Assembly: GCF_006345805.1 (NCBI RefSeq)
Contig: NC_043005.1
Location: 86,552,001 to 86,616,000 of the forward strand
Source: Octopus sinensis
Taxonomy: Eukaryota
Length of the DNA: 64,000 bases
Direction: 5' to 3'
The notes beneath the pieces were generated by a model, which saw only the letters and a list, made by a program, of their open reading frames with translations, had not been told where the DNA came from and ran no database searches. Positions 39,377 through 52,393 of the stretch are shown piece by piece (position 1 is the stretch's first letter; each line of letters starts with the position of its first letter). The position numbers were made by a program, and so were the translations under genes.

Positions 39377-41492
39377 ATACATATATACAACGGGCTTCTT
39401 TCGTTTACCGATTACCATATCCACTCACAAGGCTTTGGTCGGCCCGAAGCTATAGTAGAAGACACTTTCTTCAGGTACCGCCCAAAGGGACTGAATCTGG
39501 AATATGTGGTTGAGAAGCAAGATTTATACCACATAGTCACGTGTGCACCTATCAGGTAATGGCTGAGAAGGTTTTGTCAATTGCTAATTTTAAATAATCC
39601 GATGCCATCCGTTCCTCTCCTGGTGCTTCGTAAGTTGCTCTTAGGTTTCCATATCATGCTATCACAAACCCCAGGATATTTCTGTCTCCACTCAAAGGGA
39701 TGGTTACTCGTTTCCATGTCACATAAGTGACAAAGCTCAACAAGCACTCCCCTCAACCGAAAAGAACGCTAGTACGTCGCAGTGTTGGTCATTTACAAAT
39801 GAGTTAACTGGTGCAGCATAAAAAGAAGTGTTTCGTTGAAGAACTTAACGCACCGGCCGGTCCGGGAATGGAAACCTCTATTTTGTAATCGTGATTGCAA
39901 CACCCTAAACACAAGGGCACGCGCCTTCACAACTCCAGAAATTTCAACATAAATTCAAAAATATTTCCAGAAATCGTCTGTCAACAAGGCAGAATTATTC
40001 TACACACCACTTCTTAAATAAAATATCTACGGATGTAGAATGTCGGCTAATGAAGGCGTAGTATCTTTTGACTGTTCGTTTCGTCACGCATCTACACACA
40101 GAGACGCACACACATACGCACACATACACACGCACACACACACGCGTACTCGGACAGATACATACACACCCACAGATACAAATACAGATACAAACACGCA
40201 CACACATACTAACGAATACACACAAGAGCGCACGTGCACACAAAAATAATCGCCACGTTCTTTTCTCTACTAAATATATGGTTGTGAGTGGAGTCGCCAT
40301 ATGTGACCTTCTTTGAGTAATCAGACAGAACACCGTAATAATTCCTGCTTCAATAACCCGGAGTAAAATTTTTGTTTCATTACTTATTCGAATTATAATT
40401 AACTTGGAAGCTAATCTGATATTTTACGGATTCACTTGATTGAAATAAACTTTTTAATTTAAATTACAGTTAAAGAACGTAACATTCTATGTTCCTTTTT
40501 GCGATATTTTCTTTTAACGGAGGAAGTTTTTACATAAAAGATAGTATTTGAAATCAAGGTGATTGAGTACTCTGCATTAGTTATCGACTCTCTTATTGAC
40601 ATATCGACAGAATCGATCAATGTTCTTTATCCTTGAGATACAAGATACGCGTAACATTATATCGTGATGCAGTGGAACGATTTAGACAATTCAGAGAATT
40701 GCCTTCAGCAAAGGAATGTAAACGTTTTTGTGTATGTGTGTGATCTTTTTTCTTCTTCTTGTGTATTTTTGCTTTAGCAATCAAATACTTGATCAATTCA
40801 AACAGATTGGAAATGATGCCACTGAATAAGCTATAAAACGTTGAAGAAAACGATTCCACGAGGAAATAGCAAAAGATAAACGAATGATTGATGCCCGGAA
40901 GAACTTTACAGTTGAATCCCACTAAGTGCCGCTATATTCTGTAATAAATAACACAATTAATAGATTTGACCTGCTTGGTTTGAAACGGTTGATACCTCAT
41001 ACAGTGTTGTTTTGTTATCTTCCTACTGTGGCAGATGAATTATCTCGATTGTATTTTATCAACTGGCAAGATCTGTCTATGACTTATGTGATCTCAAATC
41101 AATAGGCAAACACAGAACTGATCTGAACAAATTAGATGATATTGTGGAGAGAAATCTTGCGGAATCGAATTTATTCAAAGACAGGCGTCACAGCAGATCC
41201 TTAAGCATTGATAAAAATAATAGTTATAATGTGTACAAATTTTGGCACAAATCCAGCAATTTCGGGAGAGGGGCCACGTCGTCAGTAATCAACTGATACT
41301 TATATCGAACACGAAAAGATAAAAATGTTAAAATCGGTCTTGACAGAATTTGAAATCAGAACGTTAAGACGGGCGAAATGACGCTAAGCATTTTGCCTTG
41401 TGTGCTAAAGATTCCGCCAGCTCACCACCTTAACAACATACAACGACAACAACAACAACAACGACAACAACAACAATAACAACAACAACAAC

Positions 41493-41525
<33 letters not shown>

Positions 41526-41530
41526 TATAA

Positions 41531-42899
41531 TTTATTCTTTTTATTGGCCACAAGGGCTGACACACATGATTAGAAAACATAAAGGGACAAAACAGGACGA
41601 AAGGTTACAAAGGGTTTTCTTCGTTTGCGAAAAAAATCGTGTAAAAAGAGAATAACAATCAAATAATAGAACAACGAAAAACTCCCAATAGGGGGAGGCG
41701 TTATGAAAGGTTCCTGGTGGAAAAAACTCATAAAAGCCAACGGGAGCCTAGTCAAAATGGGGGTAGAGAGCCCCTTTCTCCTTTTAAAAAACCTTTTTCA
41801 ATCATAGGCGAAACCTGAGAATTGGTCCATTTATACTGGCCATTCTCGCGCAATTCACCCACCTTTCAGAAAACTTGCTATCGGACAGCACTCTCCTCTC
41901 TAACCTCATCTTCCTTTTCAAGTGAAACTTGAAAAAGTTGATGAGGCCTTGACCAAAGAGGAAAGTGTCTGACCTTAGCCCTTTCAAACGAGTCCACCAT
42001 ACAACCTCTTTCGCCACAGCCACTAGGCACAGGAAAACAGCCTCGCCCTCCTTGTTGAAGGAGGTCAGCGGGGCAATCCTCACTATGGATTCGGCCGATA
42101 GCCGGATCCGTCCTACACGTGACAGTAGCTGTTCAACATAAACCCATAGTTCAGCAATACTCTGGCACTGAACGAGTGCGTGCAGAACGGTTTCGTCGTC
42201 CTGGCAACACCTCGGGCAGGCTCGGCTGACGGCACTTCCGTGCCGGTAGAGTTTATCCCGAAGAGACAGAGCCCCTCGGTAGCACTGCCAGGCAAGCGAC
42301 CTCTAGAAATTGTCCATCAGCCCTGGCCCGAAAGTCCTCCCGAACAGACCACTCAGTTCGTTATCGTCAACGCCTAGAGTTTCCCCGAGAACGTCGTCGC
42401 ATTTTCCCTCCACTAACTCTCTATAGAACGCTAGAGTGGAGCTGAAACCGATCGCATTGCCCGCCTGGCGGAGTGCGGAGAGAGCTTGACGGCACTCGAG
42501 GTGCCAAGCGCCGTTACTAGGTCTATGTTTGATCCAGGTCTGCAGCTCTGTCAAAAAGACGAGCTGCGGAAAGTCGCGTCTGACAAAAGACGACCACACC
42601 TGATCACCGTCTAGGAAACGCTTGGGATGTCGCAGCCTGAGCGCATGTCTGCGCATCAGTAAACACGGCATGCCAAGGCCTCCGTTCAGCGGTCGTTGAC
42701 AGCAGATGGATCGCCTGACCAGTGGCACCTGACCCTTCCACAAAATGTCGAAGAGCAGTCGTACCAGCTTGGCCAACCAGCGGTTGGGACAAGGGACGAC
42801 GGTCAAGCGGTAATAGATGACGGATGCGATGTATGCATTCGCCACCTCCGCTCGACCTTTCAGGGACAGCTTCCTTTCGGCCCATTTCTGGGTCAGGCA
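41531..42899 (-). mobile_element. 5'-truncated L1/Tx1-clade LINE (ORF2 C-terminus plus 3' UTR), copy 1
   Basis: One frame from about 42895 to 41802: LTQKWAERKLSLKGRAEVANAYIASVIYY...GGLG..., a single TAG at 42303-42305, then ACPRCCQDDETVLHALVQC (zf-RVT CCHC). The 3' UTR ends AATAAAAGAATAAA before a (TTA)n tract. Confidence 0.92.
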
Positions 42900-43402
42900 T
42901 GACTCTCATGGCTTCTGATCTTAACTGATTGGAAGTGTTATCATGTACATTGTTTTGTCTTGGTATAAAAGATGGGCTACAGCAAATATTCTGCTCAATA
43001 CCACAGATTTGCTTGTCAGTTGTTTGACCTTAACCAGCTGAGCATGTCCCTTAGTGGCTGACGATATGTGCATCTCTGATCACGAGCAGAAGCAGTGGGG
43101 GAGCATCATAGCCATGTGTTGAGAGGGATTCTTTGGGATTTGAATAATTCACCTCTGGAAACATGGGTGTTTCGTTCAACATTATTCAGGGACCTTTTGA
43201 GCGGGATTGGCTACTCGACCAGAAGAAAATTCTTACCTGCAAGATCATGTGCTGTTTATCTTGATATGAGATTACCATGTCGCGCACATATGGTTGTGAT
43301 GCATGTGCCTGGTGTACCCTTATCAGACGGGGAGTCATGATGGGTATACTGGGTATATTTTACCCCAGTGTCACTTTAATGGCATGCACTGCTCTCTCAC
43401 TC
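42894..43402. mobile_element. About 550-bp non-coding (TAA)n-associated interspersed element, lacking about 17 terminal nt
   Basis: Reverse-complement match to 51611-52164; abuts (TAA)n at 43403. Confidence 0.85.
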
Positions 43403-43433
<31 letters not shown>

Positions 43434-43454
43434 TAATAATAATAATAATTATAA

Positions 43455-44823
43455 TTTATTCTTTTTATTGGCCACAAGGGCTGACACACATGATTAGAAA
43501 ACATAAAGGGACAAAACAGGACGAAAGGTTACAAAGGGTTTTCTTCGTTTGCGAAAAAAATCGTGTAAAAAGAGAATAACAATCAAATAATAGAACAACG
43601 AAAAACTCCCAATAGGGGGAGGCGTTATGAAAGGTTCCTGGTGGAAAAAACTCATAAAAGCCAACGGGAGCCTAGTCAAAATGGGGGTAGAGAGCCCCTT
43701 TCTCCTTTTAAAAAACCTTTTTCAATCATAGGCGAAACCTGAGAATTGGTCCATTTATACTGGCCATTCTCGCGCAATTCACCCACCTTTCAGAAAACTT
43801 GCTATCGGACAGCACTCTCCTCTCTAACCTCATCTTCCTTTTCAAGTGAAACTTGAAAAAGTTGATGAGGCCTTGACCAAAGAGGAAAGTGTCTGACCTT
43901 AGCCCTTTCAAACGAGTCCACCATACAACCTCTTTCGCCACAGCCACTAGGCACAGGAAAACAGCCTCGCCCTCCTTGTTGAAGGAGGTCAGCGGGGCAA
44001 TCCTCACTATGGATTCGGCCGATAGCCGGATCCGTCCTACACGTGACAGTAGCTGTTCAACATAAACCCATAGTTCAGCAATACTCTGGCACTGAACGAG
44101 TGCGTGCAGAACGGTTTCGTCGTCCTGGCAACACCTCGGGCAGGCTCGGCTGACGGCACTTCCGTGCCGGTAGAGTTTATCCCGAAGAGACAGAGCCCCT
44201 CGGTAGCACTGCCAGGCAAGCGACCTCTAGAAATTGTCCATCAGCCCTGGCCCGAAAGTCCTCCCGAACAGACCACTCAGTTCGTTATCGTCAACGCCTA
44301 GAGTTTCCCCGAGAACGTCGTCGCATTTTCCCTCCACTAACTCTCTATAGAACGCTAGAGTGGAGCTGAAACCGATCGCATTGCCCGCCTGGCGGAGTGC
44401 GGAGAGAGCTTGACGGCACTCGAGGTGCCAAGCGCCGTTACTAGGTCTATGTTTGATCCAGGTCTGCAGCTCTGTCAAAAAGACGAGCTGCGGAAAGTCG
44501 CGTCTGACAAAAGACGACCACACTGATCACCGTCTAGGAAACGCTTGGGATGTCGCAGCCTGAGCGCATGTCTGCGCATCAGTAAACACGGCATGCCAAG
44601 GCCTCCGTTCAGCGGTCGTTGACAGCAGATGGATCGCCTGACCAGTGGCACCTGACCCTTCCACAAAATGTCGAAGAGCAGTCGTACCAGCTTGGCCAAC
44701 CAGCGGTTGGGACAAGGGACGACGGTCAAGCGGTAATAGATGACGGATGCGATGTATGCATTCGCCACCTCCGCTCGACCTTTCAGGGACAGCTTCCTTT
44801 CGGCCCATTTCTGGGTCAGGCAA
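43455..44823 (-). mobile_element. L1/Tx1 LINE fragment, copy 2 (extra 1-bp frameshift)
   Basis: Same sequence as copy 1 at offset 1924, with one C missing near 44523. Confidence 0.9.
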
Positions 44824-45326
44824 TGACTCTCATGGCTTCTGATCTTAACTGATTGGAAGTGTTATCATGTACATTGTTTTGTCTTGGTATAAAAGATGGG
44901 CTACAGCAAATATTCTGCTCAATACCACAGATTTGCTTGTCAGTTGTTTGACCTTAACCAGCTGAGCATGTCCCTTAGTGGCTGACGATATGTGCATCTC
45001 TGATCACGAGCAGAAGCAGTGGGGGAGCATCATAGCCATGTGTTGAGAGGGATTCTTTGGGATTTGAATAATTCACCTCTGGAAACATGGGTGTTTCGTT
45101 CAACATTATTCAGGGACCTTTTGAGCGGGATTGGCTACTCGACCAGAAGAAAATTCTTACCTGCAAGATCATGTGCTGTTTATCTTGATATGAGATTACC
45201 ATGTCGCGCACATATGGTTGTGATGCATGTGCCTGGTGTACCCTTATCAGACGGGGAGTCATGATGGGTATACTGGGTATATTTTACCCCAGTGTCACTT
45301 TAATGGCATGCACTGCTCTCTCACTC
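44818..45326. mobile_element. About 550-bp (TAA)n-associated element, duplicate copy
   Basis: Same as 42894-43402 at offset 1924; followed by (TAA)n. Confidence 0.85.
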
Positions 45327-45382
<56 letters not shown>

Positions 45383-46921
45383 TGATGATACTGAGTCTAC
45401 TGTTACTAATTTTCTTGTTGATGAAAATGTAATCAAGAATGACGTATTTAAGAATAATATGGACGATAATAATATCAAGGATAACAAAGAAGATGAAGAC
45501 GACCATGATGATGATGGTTATGATAGTGAGATGATGATCATTATGATGCCATGGGAAAGATGGTGATTTTGGTGGTGATGGTGGTGGTTTTATGATGATG
45601 AAAGTGATGATAATGAGGACGATGATGCTAATGATATGATGATTGTGATGGAGATGATGATGATTATAGTGATATGAATTTTAGGAGTGGGAATGATGGA
45701 CGTGGTGGTATTGGTGGTGGTGGTGATGATGACGACTACAACAATGATGATGAGGAAGATGATGATGATCAGGAGGAGGAAAAGTAGGAGGAGAAGGAAA
45801 CTGGTATAAATAATTTTGATACTGTGTTGCATATGACGAGAATAAAATTTAGTAGGAAAAAAAAAAGCAAAATGATAGAAATATGAAACAAGACATGTCA
45901 AGAAAAATACAGCGAAAGAAAAAGATAAGAAAAGAAATAAACTTTCTTCCGCCAAAATATTTTTACCATAAATTTATCAATAACAGCCACACCGAAGAAA
46001 TGATTGCTAAAATGGTGAAAAAACATAAAGAATAATAATGAAACTAATATTTATAGCATGGCTGTATTCTTCACAAATTCGATGTCGATGATTGTCTAAC
46101 TATTTTACTTCTCACCACTTTAACACGGATGTATATGATACGTTCATTGTTTTTTGCACTTCAGAAAGCATCAACATATACATTGATAAAGAATTTAATC
46201 GTTGCAAAATACGTTAGTCGTTTATTTGTTACATGACTTGTAAAATCTGCGTCTAAAGCCTGCAAACGTCAACTTGTTCCTCAGACGCGGGCTATTTATA
46301 TTCAATGTTAATAAAAATAAAATATTGAGATCGAGGTGAAACTAGCTGACTGATGACAAAAGATCGATTTGTTAAAAGATTTTTCATTCTTTTAACCTGC
46401 TTATCAAACCTATTGACCTCGATCTTAAAAGCTAAAAGAGGTTAGACATTCGTCAGCGCCGATTTTCTGCCATAATTAGATTAAGCTTTCACTAAAAGAC
46501 TTTTTTTTTTCAATATTTTTGTAAAATAATTTTCAACGAAATTAATTCTTAAGAGAAAGCAAAATATATTGAGGAAGAAAAAATCTAAAACGATGTGTCT
46601 TTTTCAATAATTTTCCATATTTCTTTCTTAGTATTTCTTCACTGATAAAGAGTTGTGAAATATTTTATTAGCAAGATCACGGAATAAGATGTTACGCGGT
46701 ATTTTACTTACGATTCTAAACGTTCTACGTTCAAATTCCGCCGTAGGCATATATACCTTCCGTTCAACGGTGGAAAATAAAATAAGCACTCTTTAAAATT
46801 TGGGAGTCGATAGAGTCGATATTCTCTCCAGCGATTTATCTACTCCTGAAATAAATCATTATTTACGCTATCACACAATTGCATTTCCTTCTGTTTGTTT
46901 GTTTTGTTGTTTTTTTCTTAA

Positions 46922-47305
46922 ATCGTGGCACTCCGTCGGTTACGACGACGAGGGTTCCAGTTGATCCAATCAACGGAACAGCCTGCTCGTGAAATTAACG
47001 TGCAAGTGTGTGAGCACGCCACAGACACGTGTAAGCTTAACGTAATTCTCGGGGAGTTTCAGCGTGACACAGAGCGTGATAAGGCTGACCTTTTGAAATA
47101 CAGGTACAATAGAAACTGGAAGAAAGAGTGAGAGAAAGTTGTGGTGAAAAAGTACAGCAGGTTTCGCCACTACACCCTGCCGGAGCCTCGTGAAGCTTTA
47201 GGTGTTTTCGCTCAATAAACATTCACAACACCCGGTCTGGGAATCGAACCGCGATTCCACGACCGTGAGTCCGCTGCCCTAACCACTGGGCTATGGCGCC
47301 TCTAC
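46922..47305 (-). mobile_element. Full-length SINE head type D
   Basis: GTAGAGGCGCCATAGCCCAGTGGTTAGGGCAGCGGACTCACGGTCGTGGAATCGCGGTTCGATTCCC head; tail ends ...CGTAACCGACGGAGTGCCACGA. Confidence 0.88.
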
Positions 47306-47642
47306 AATGTCATAAATAAAGATGACATAACAGAAAAATCGTTAGCACACGCATAACAGCATTTCTTCCGCCTATTCGTTCAAATTCGGCAGAGGTCAAC
47401 TTTGCTCCCCATCCTTTCGTGGTCGATAAAATAAGATCCAGTTGCGATCGAAGTTATCGAGTAGCGTCCAATCAAACCTTTAACTATAGTAGGAAGAAGG
47501 TGTTATACACAAGTAGCTTTGTTCTCATAATACATTTTAGAAATATTTTAAATTAATATTTGGGATTTCTATCAAAGCTGACCGATATAATAATGATTAC
47601 TTTGTATAGAAGTACCACTATTAGCAGCAGCAGCACAACTGT

Positions 47643-47686
<44 letters not shown>

Positions 47687-48099
47687 ACACTTCGTTTGGA
47701 GTTACCCTTGCTGACGCCATTTCCATAGTCGTTATTCTTACGATATTTTCGTGATTGTTTAAGATCTAGAGAGCAATCACTTTCTAGTTATATCCTTATC
47801 TCGCTGCAGGCCTTTTAGCTGCTCTCTTCAAACACTTACACACACACGTGCACGCTCACCAAATGACTATATATATATATATGTGTGTGTGTGTGTATAT
47901 GTATATACTGAGAGATCGAGAGAGAGAGAGAGAGAGACAGGCATAGGCAGAGACAAAGGTAGTGGGAAGAAACAGACGGGGACAGCTATGAACATATGTA
48001 TGTTTTAATGGTGTTTATGTGTGTTTATGTACTTGACAATGTTCTGTATTGCCCAATAGGTACGAATGTGTGTATGTGTATGTGTTTGTATATGCGCGT

Positions 48100-48148
<49 letters not shown>

Positions 48149-49040
48149 TGTGCGTGAGCGATCGTCGTTACTTCGTTATGTTAGTAAGAAAGGAAAACGG
48201 TTGTCCATTGTTGAAATATTGCTTAACATGCCATTAAATATGACAGGTTTGATAACGTTTACAAGAATGTGGTTTACAGGTCAAAAGCAGGAATGCGTAG
48301 GATTAGCAGCAAATGTTTTATCGTGTTTCTCTGCTTACAACCTGAATCGTGAATGAAATCCTGTATCATGCAATGTGGTAGGAACAGAATTATTAAAAAA
48401 AGAAAACTTCAGAATTTTTAGAAAATGACAACAGGGGAGAAGCAAAAATGTTGAACTCCTGGTCGCAAAAATTTATGAAATTGTTCTTCGAGATATCTCG
48501 AATGCATTAAGAATTCACTGTAATCATAATAATAACAATACCTACGTCACATCTGTTATATATACAACACTATTATGCAGATATAAATATGTAAGGCTCT
48601 CGAAAATTATCAGAATAGCCTTTTCAGAAATACAATTCAGTGAAGGTAGCGATGACGTATACTGTGTGTTACTTCAGTTTACTAGAATTAGGTATCAAAA
48701 TAACACTGAAAGTATAAAATATCTTAAGACTCAAACGCCATTTTGAATAATGTATTTATGGATATGTTTTGTCTAAATATCAAACGTGATAATTATTTAG
48801 TGATGACCTGTGACTGAATTGCAGCAACCAAATCGATCAATTTTCCTGCTGTTCAAAAACTCCTGCTCTATGAGGCTAATGTTACTAAGATATGACATGA
48901 CAAAGTGAAATAATTATATTCTAAGCCCAACTTCTAAGCTAAATATTTTCCTCCATTAACAAGCATGGGAAATCGATCGAACAAGTATATGTCGCTACTC
49001 CAAAGCTAGACATGTTTACAATGTTAACTATTCTTTTCTA

Positions 49041-49374
49041 GTCTAGGCACGAGGCTCAAATTTTTTCTTGGGTGGGGGATATTAAATTAAATCGACCCCA
49101 GTACGCAACTGGTGCTTAATTTATCAATCCCGAAAGGATTAGAGGCAAAGTCAACCCCGCCGGAATTTGAATTCAGAACGTAACGGCTGACGAAATACCC
49201 ATTTCTTTACTACCGACAAGCGGTTATACACAGAGAAGAAAAAGAAGGACAGACAAACAGCTTAAGTCGATTATATCGACCCCAATGCATAACTGGTACT
49301 CATTTAATCGATCCCGAAAGGATGAAAAGCAAAGTCGACCTCGGCGGAATTTGAACTCAGAACGTAGCGGCAGA
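49041..49374 (-). mobile_element. SINE type A dimer, head missing or interrupted
   Basis: Minus strand: ...GTAGTAAAGAAATGG|GTATTTCGTCAGCCG junction at about 49199. Confidence 0.85.
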
Positions 49375-49675
49375 ATGACAACTATGGCACTCTTCTAGTT
49401 ATTTCTCTATAACTTCTGGAGGAGTTACCTCAGTCCTATATGATGTTAACAAAAAAAAACCCAGATTATATAGGACTGAGGTAACTCCTCCAGAAGTTAT
49501 AGAGAAATATACAGGAGAGTGCCATAGTTGTCATGTGAAATGAGTTGAACGATATTTCGGCATCTAGCGTGCCCTCCAGAGGTTCAAAAATTACATGTCA
49601 GTCTACTTCGTTTTTTTTTTTTTTTTTTTGAGATTACATAGGACTGAGGTAACTCCTCCAGAAGTTATAGAGAAA

Positions 49676-49864
49676 TATCGTCAGCTACTACGAGACATGC
49701 TCAAGGGGTTAAGGTCTAAAAACTGACTAGCAAATCATTGGTATTGAGCAGAGAATTCTTGTAGCCTATCATATATAACAAGACAAAACAACGTATATGG
49801 TAGCGTTTCTAGTTAGTTAAGATCAGAGGCCATGATTGCCACCGTCTGGTATTGTATCAGGGCA
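49676..49864. mobile_element. Diverged partial copy of the 550-bp element
   Basis: ATATCGTCAGCTACTACGAGACATGCTC...TTAAGATCAGAGGCCATG...GTATCAGGGCA, then (TTA)n. Confidence 0.75.
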
Positions 49865-49889
49865 TATATTATGATCAACATCATTATTA

Positions 49890-49936
<47 letters not shown>

Positions 49937-49937
<1 letters not shown>

Positions 49938-50100
49938 GTGTGCCTTGGGTATGTGCTGTGATTTGTTGTGATGCTCTGATGGTTATAGTATGGAAAGTGT
50001 TCTGCGTAGGATGTGTGCAGTGCCTAGTAGTGCAATTTTCTGTATGTTATATGTGTTTGTAAGTCCTGATGTTTTTGTTATGTATTTGTCTGAATATTTT
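49937..50100 (-). mobile_element. R4/Dong-like LINE 3' end
   Basis: IQKIALLGTAHILRRTLSIL* followed by a short UTR ...GCACATACCCAAGGCACAC and a (TAA)n tail. Confidence 0.8.
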
Positions 50101-51060
50101 TATTTTTTTATTATTATTATTTGTAGGTGAATACAAAATAGTCCAGCAGAAATATGTCTCTGCTCTATATTAATGAAGAGTCTGTTGCAACTTCATCACT
50201 TAATTCTGCCTCCTACATCCGAGATGTGTCGCAGAGTAAAGGATTGACTGAATTGCGTTACTGCGTGGCAAGTTGAGATCTGTTGTAAACAGTCTCGTGA
50301 CCTTAGCCTTCTTCATTGCTAGAGACTCTCTCCACAGAGAAGGAAGGGAATTATGGCTAATTATTAATTAATAAATGTATGGGCTGTGTACTTCTTCTGC
50401 TGCATTGCAGTTTATTTTCTGAAGATCCTATTCCTTTTTCTTAGTTCTTGACCCTGTTTCTCTTAGAGTTCGTTTATGTGTTCTTCGTTTCTCAGTAATC
50501 GCTCCAACATTTTTCGGTTACAATTTATTTATTGTAAATCGTCAGCCAGATTTTCTAAGAAGTTTTTCCTGATTTCACAGTTTTGCTTTTCTTTTAACGC
50601 ATTAAACCGATAAATATTTAATCATAAATGTCAAGACATTTTACGTTTCAAGGTACAGGAAGGATTACCGAAATGGCAGCAATGCCACGAAAGATATCTC
50701 TTACATGTTACCTTAGATAACTACGGAGAGCGAATAGGTTTTAACAAAATTATTCAGGAAAGTGTTACGGCAATTTCCTTACAACTACCAAAAGGAAAAC
50801 TGGAAGTATGAACAATGAAATAATCAGTACAAAATCACCAACATTTTTCCAGCCGGTAATAGCAATAATGTAAAGGGCCAAATACAAAAACTAGCAACAT
50901 GTCACTTTGCCACGTTTTCTTTTGTTAAATCCGACTTTCTAAGTCGCAAGGATGAGAAGCAGAAATAACGACATTAAGATGAATAACAACAGGAAAAGGA
51001 ATTTGAAGATAAAAGAAAACATACACAGAAAAACCTTCACCAATATTTCAAGCTAAGAAA

Positions 51061-51275
51061 GGCGGCGAGCTGGCAGAATCGTTAGTACGGCGAGCAAGAT
51101 ACTTAGTGTCATCTTGTCGGTCTTCCCATTCTGAGTTCAAATCCCACCGAGATCGACGTTACCTTTTATACATTCTGGGTCGATTAAAATAAATACCAGT
51201 TGAGCACAGAGGTCGGGGAAATCGACTTACCCCTTCCACAAATTTGATGGCCTTGTGCGAAAATTTGAAACCAAT
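51061..51275 (+). mobile_element. SINE type A (alternative tail)
   Basis: GGCGGCGAGCTGGCAGAATCGTTAG head. Confidence 0.8.
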
Positions 51276-51499
51276 ATCTCAGGTAAAGTAGTAGAAATAT
51301 GTGGGAAGATGCCGTTCCATTGACAATGACTAACAAAGTCATTTTCCTTAACAACATCACCTTATGAACTAGCGATACTTCCAACAAGAAATCTATGATT
51401 TTTCAACACTTTTCTCTATACAGTTCTATATTTAAGAGATGAAGAATTTTGTACATTATTTACATTTGATGGATATTTGTCCTCATCTTGTTTGTTGTT

Positions 51500-51544
51500 A
51501 ACACAACGTTTCGGCTGATATACCCTCAGCCTTCATCAGGTGTC
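51500..51544 (-). ncRNA. Minimal type I hammerhead ribozyme
   Basis: GACAC-CTGATGA-A-GGCTG(loop)CAGCC-GAAA-CG-TT-GTGTT. Intact core; palindromic stem III (AACGTT). Confidence 0.75.
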
Positions 51545-51610
51545 TTGGGGGAAATTTCAAAACTGGGTTCTCATTCCTATGGTATTTTCGATGTAGTTAT
51601 TATTATTATT

Positions 51611-52164
51611 GAGTGAGAGAGCAGTTCATGCCATCAAAGTGACACTGGGGTAAAATATACGAAGCCCAATATACCCATCATGACTACCCGTCTGATAAAG
51701 GTACACCAGACACATGCATCACAACCATATGTGCGCGACATGGTGATCTCATATCAAGATAAACAGCACATGACCTTGCAGGTGGGGCCCAGTTAGAATT
51801 TTCTTCAGGTTGAGTAGCCCATCCCGCTCAAACGGTCTCTGAATAAGGGTTGTTTAAGGATGTTGAAAGAACCACCCATGTTTCCAGAGGTGAAATATTC
51901 AAACCCCAAAGAATCCCTCTCAACACATGGCTATGATGCTCCCCCACTACTTCTGCTCGTGATCAGAGATGCACATATCTTCAGCCACTAAGGGACATGC
52001 TCAACTGGTTAAGGTCAAACAACTGACAAGCAAATCTGTGGTATTGAGCAGAATATTTGCTGTAGCCCATCTTTTATACCAAGACAAAACAATGTACATG
52101 ATAACACTTCCAATCAGTTAAGATCAGAAGCCATGAGAGCTACTGCCTGGTACTGCATCAGGGC
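51611..52164. mobile_element. Complete 554-bp non-coding element inserted in (TTA)n
   Basis: TTATTATT|GAGTGAGAGAGCAG ... CTGCATCAGGGC|TATTATTA. Confidence 0.88.
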
Positions 52165-52207
52165 TATTATTATTATTATTATTATTATATTATTATTATT
52201 ATTATTA

Positions 52208-52273
<66 letters not shown>

Positions 52274-52280
52274 CATTATT

Positions 52281-52333
52281 CGGGAATCGAACTTGGAATC
52301 TTGGGTTCAGTAGACCGCGCTCTTAACCATTAC
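52281..52333 (-). promoter_or_regulatory. tRNA-derived Pol III promoter-like segment
   Basis: Minus strand GTAATGGTTAAGAGCGCGGTCTACTGAACCCAAGATTCCAAGTTCGATTCCCG has a partial A box and a GTTCGATTC B box. Confidence 0.6.
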
Positions 52334-52393
52334 AGACGGACATAACATCAAAAATAACGTAGGAATGAGAATCAGGGTTAAAACTTTTCCCAA

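Noticed and set aside
40617-40922. 101-aa minus ORF, plus a plus-strand frame with two stops after a strong acceptor-like tract
   Set aside because: No recognisable family in either direction; possibly an old TE remnant.
43060-43175. CTGACGA...GAAAC inside the 554-bp element
   Set aside because: No helix I complement after the putative GUU site.
46922-47305. tRNA genes suggested by A/B boxes here and in other SINE heads
   Set aside because: No complete cloverleaf; each continues into SINE body and tail sequence.
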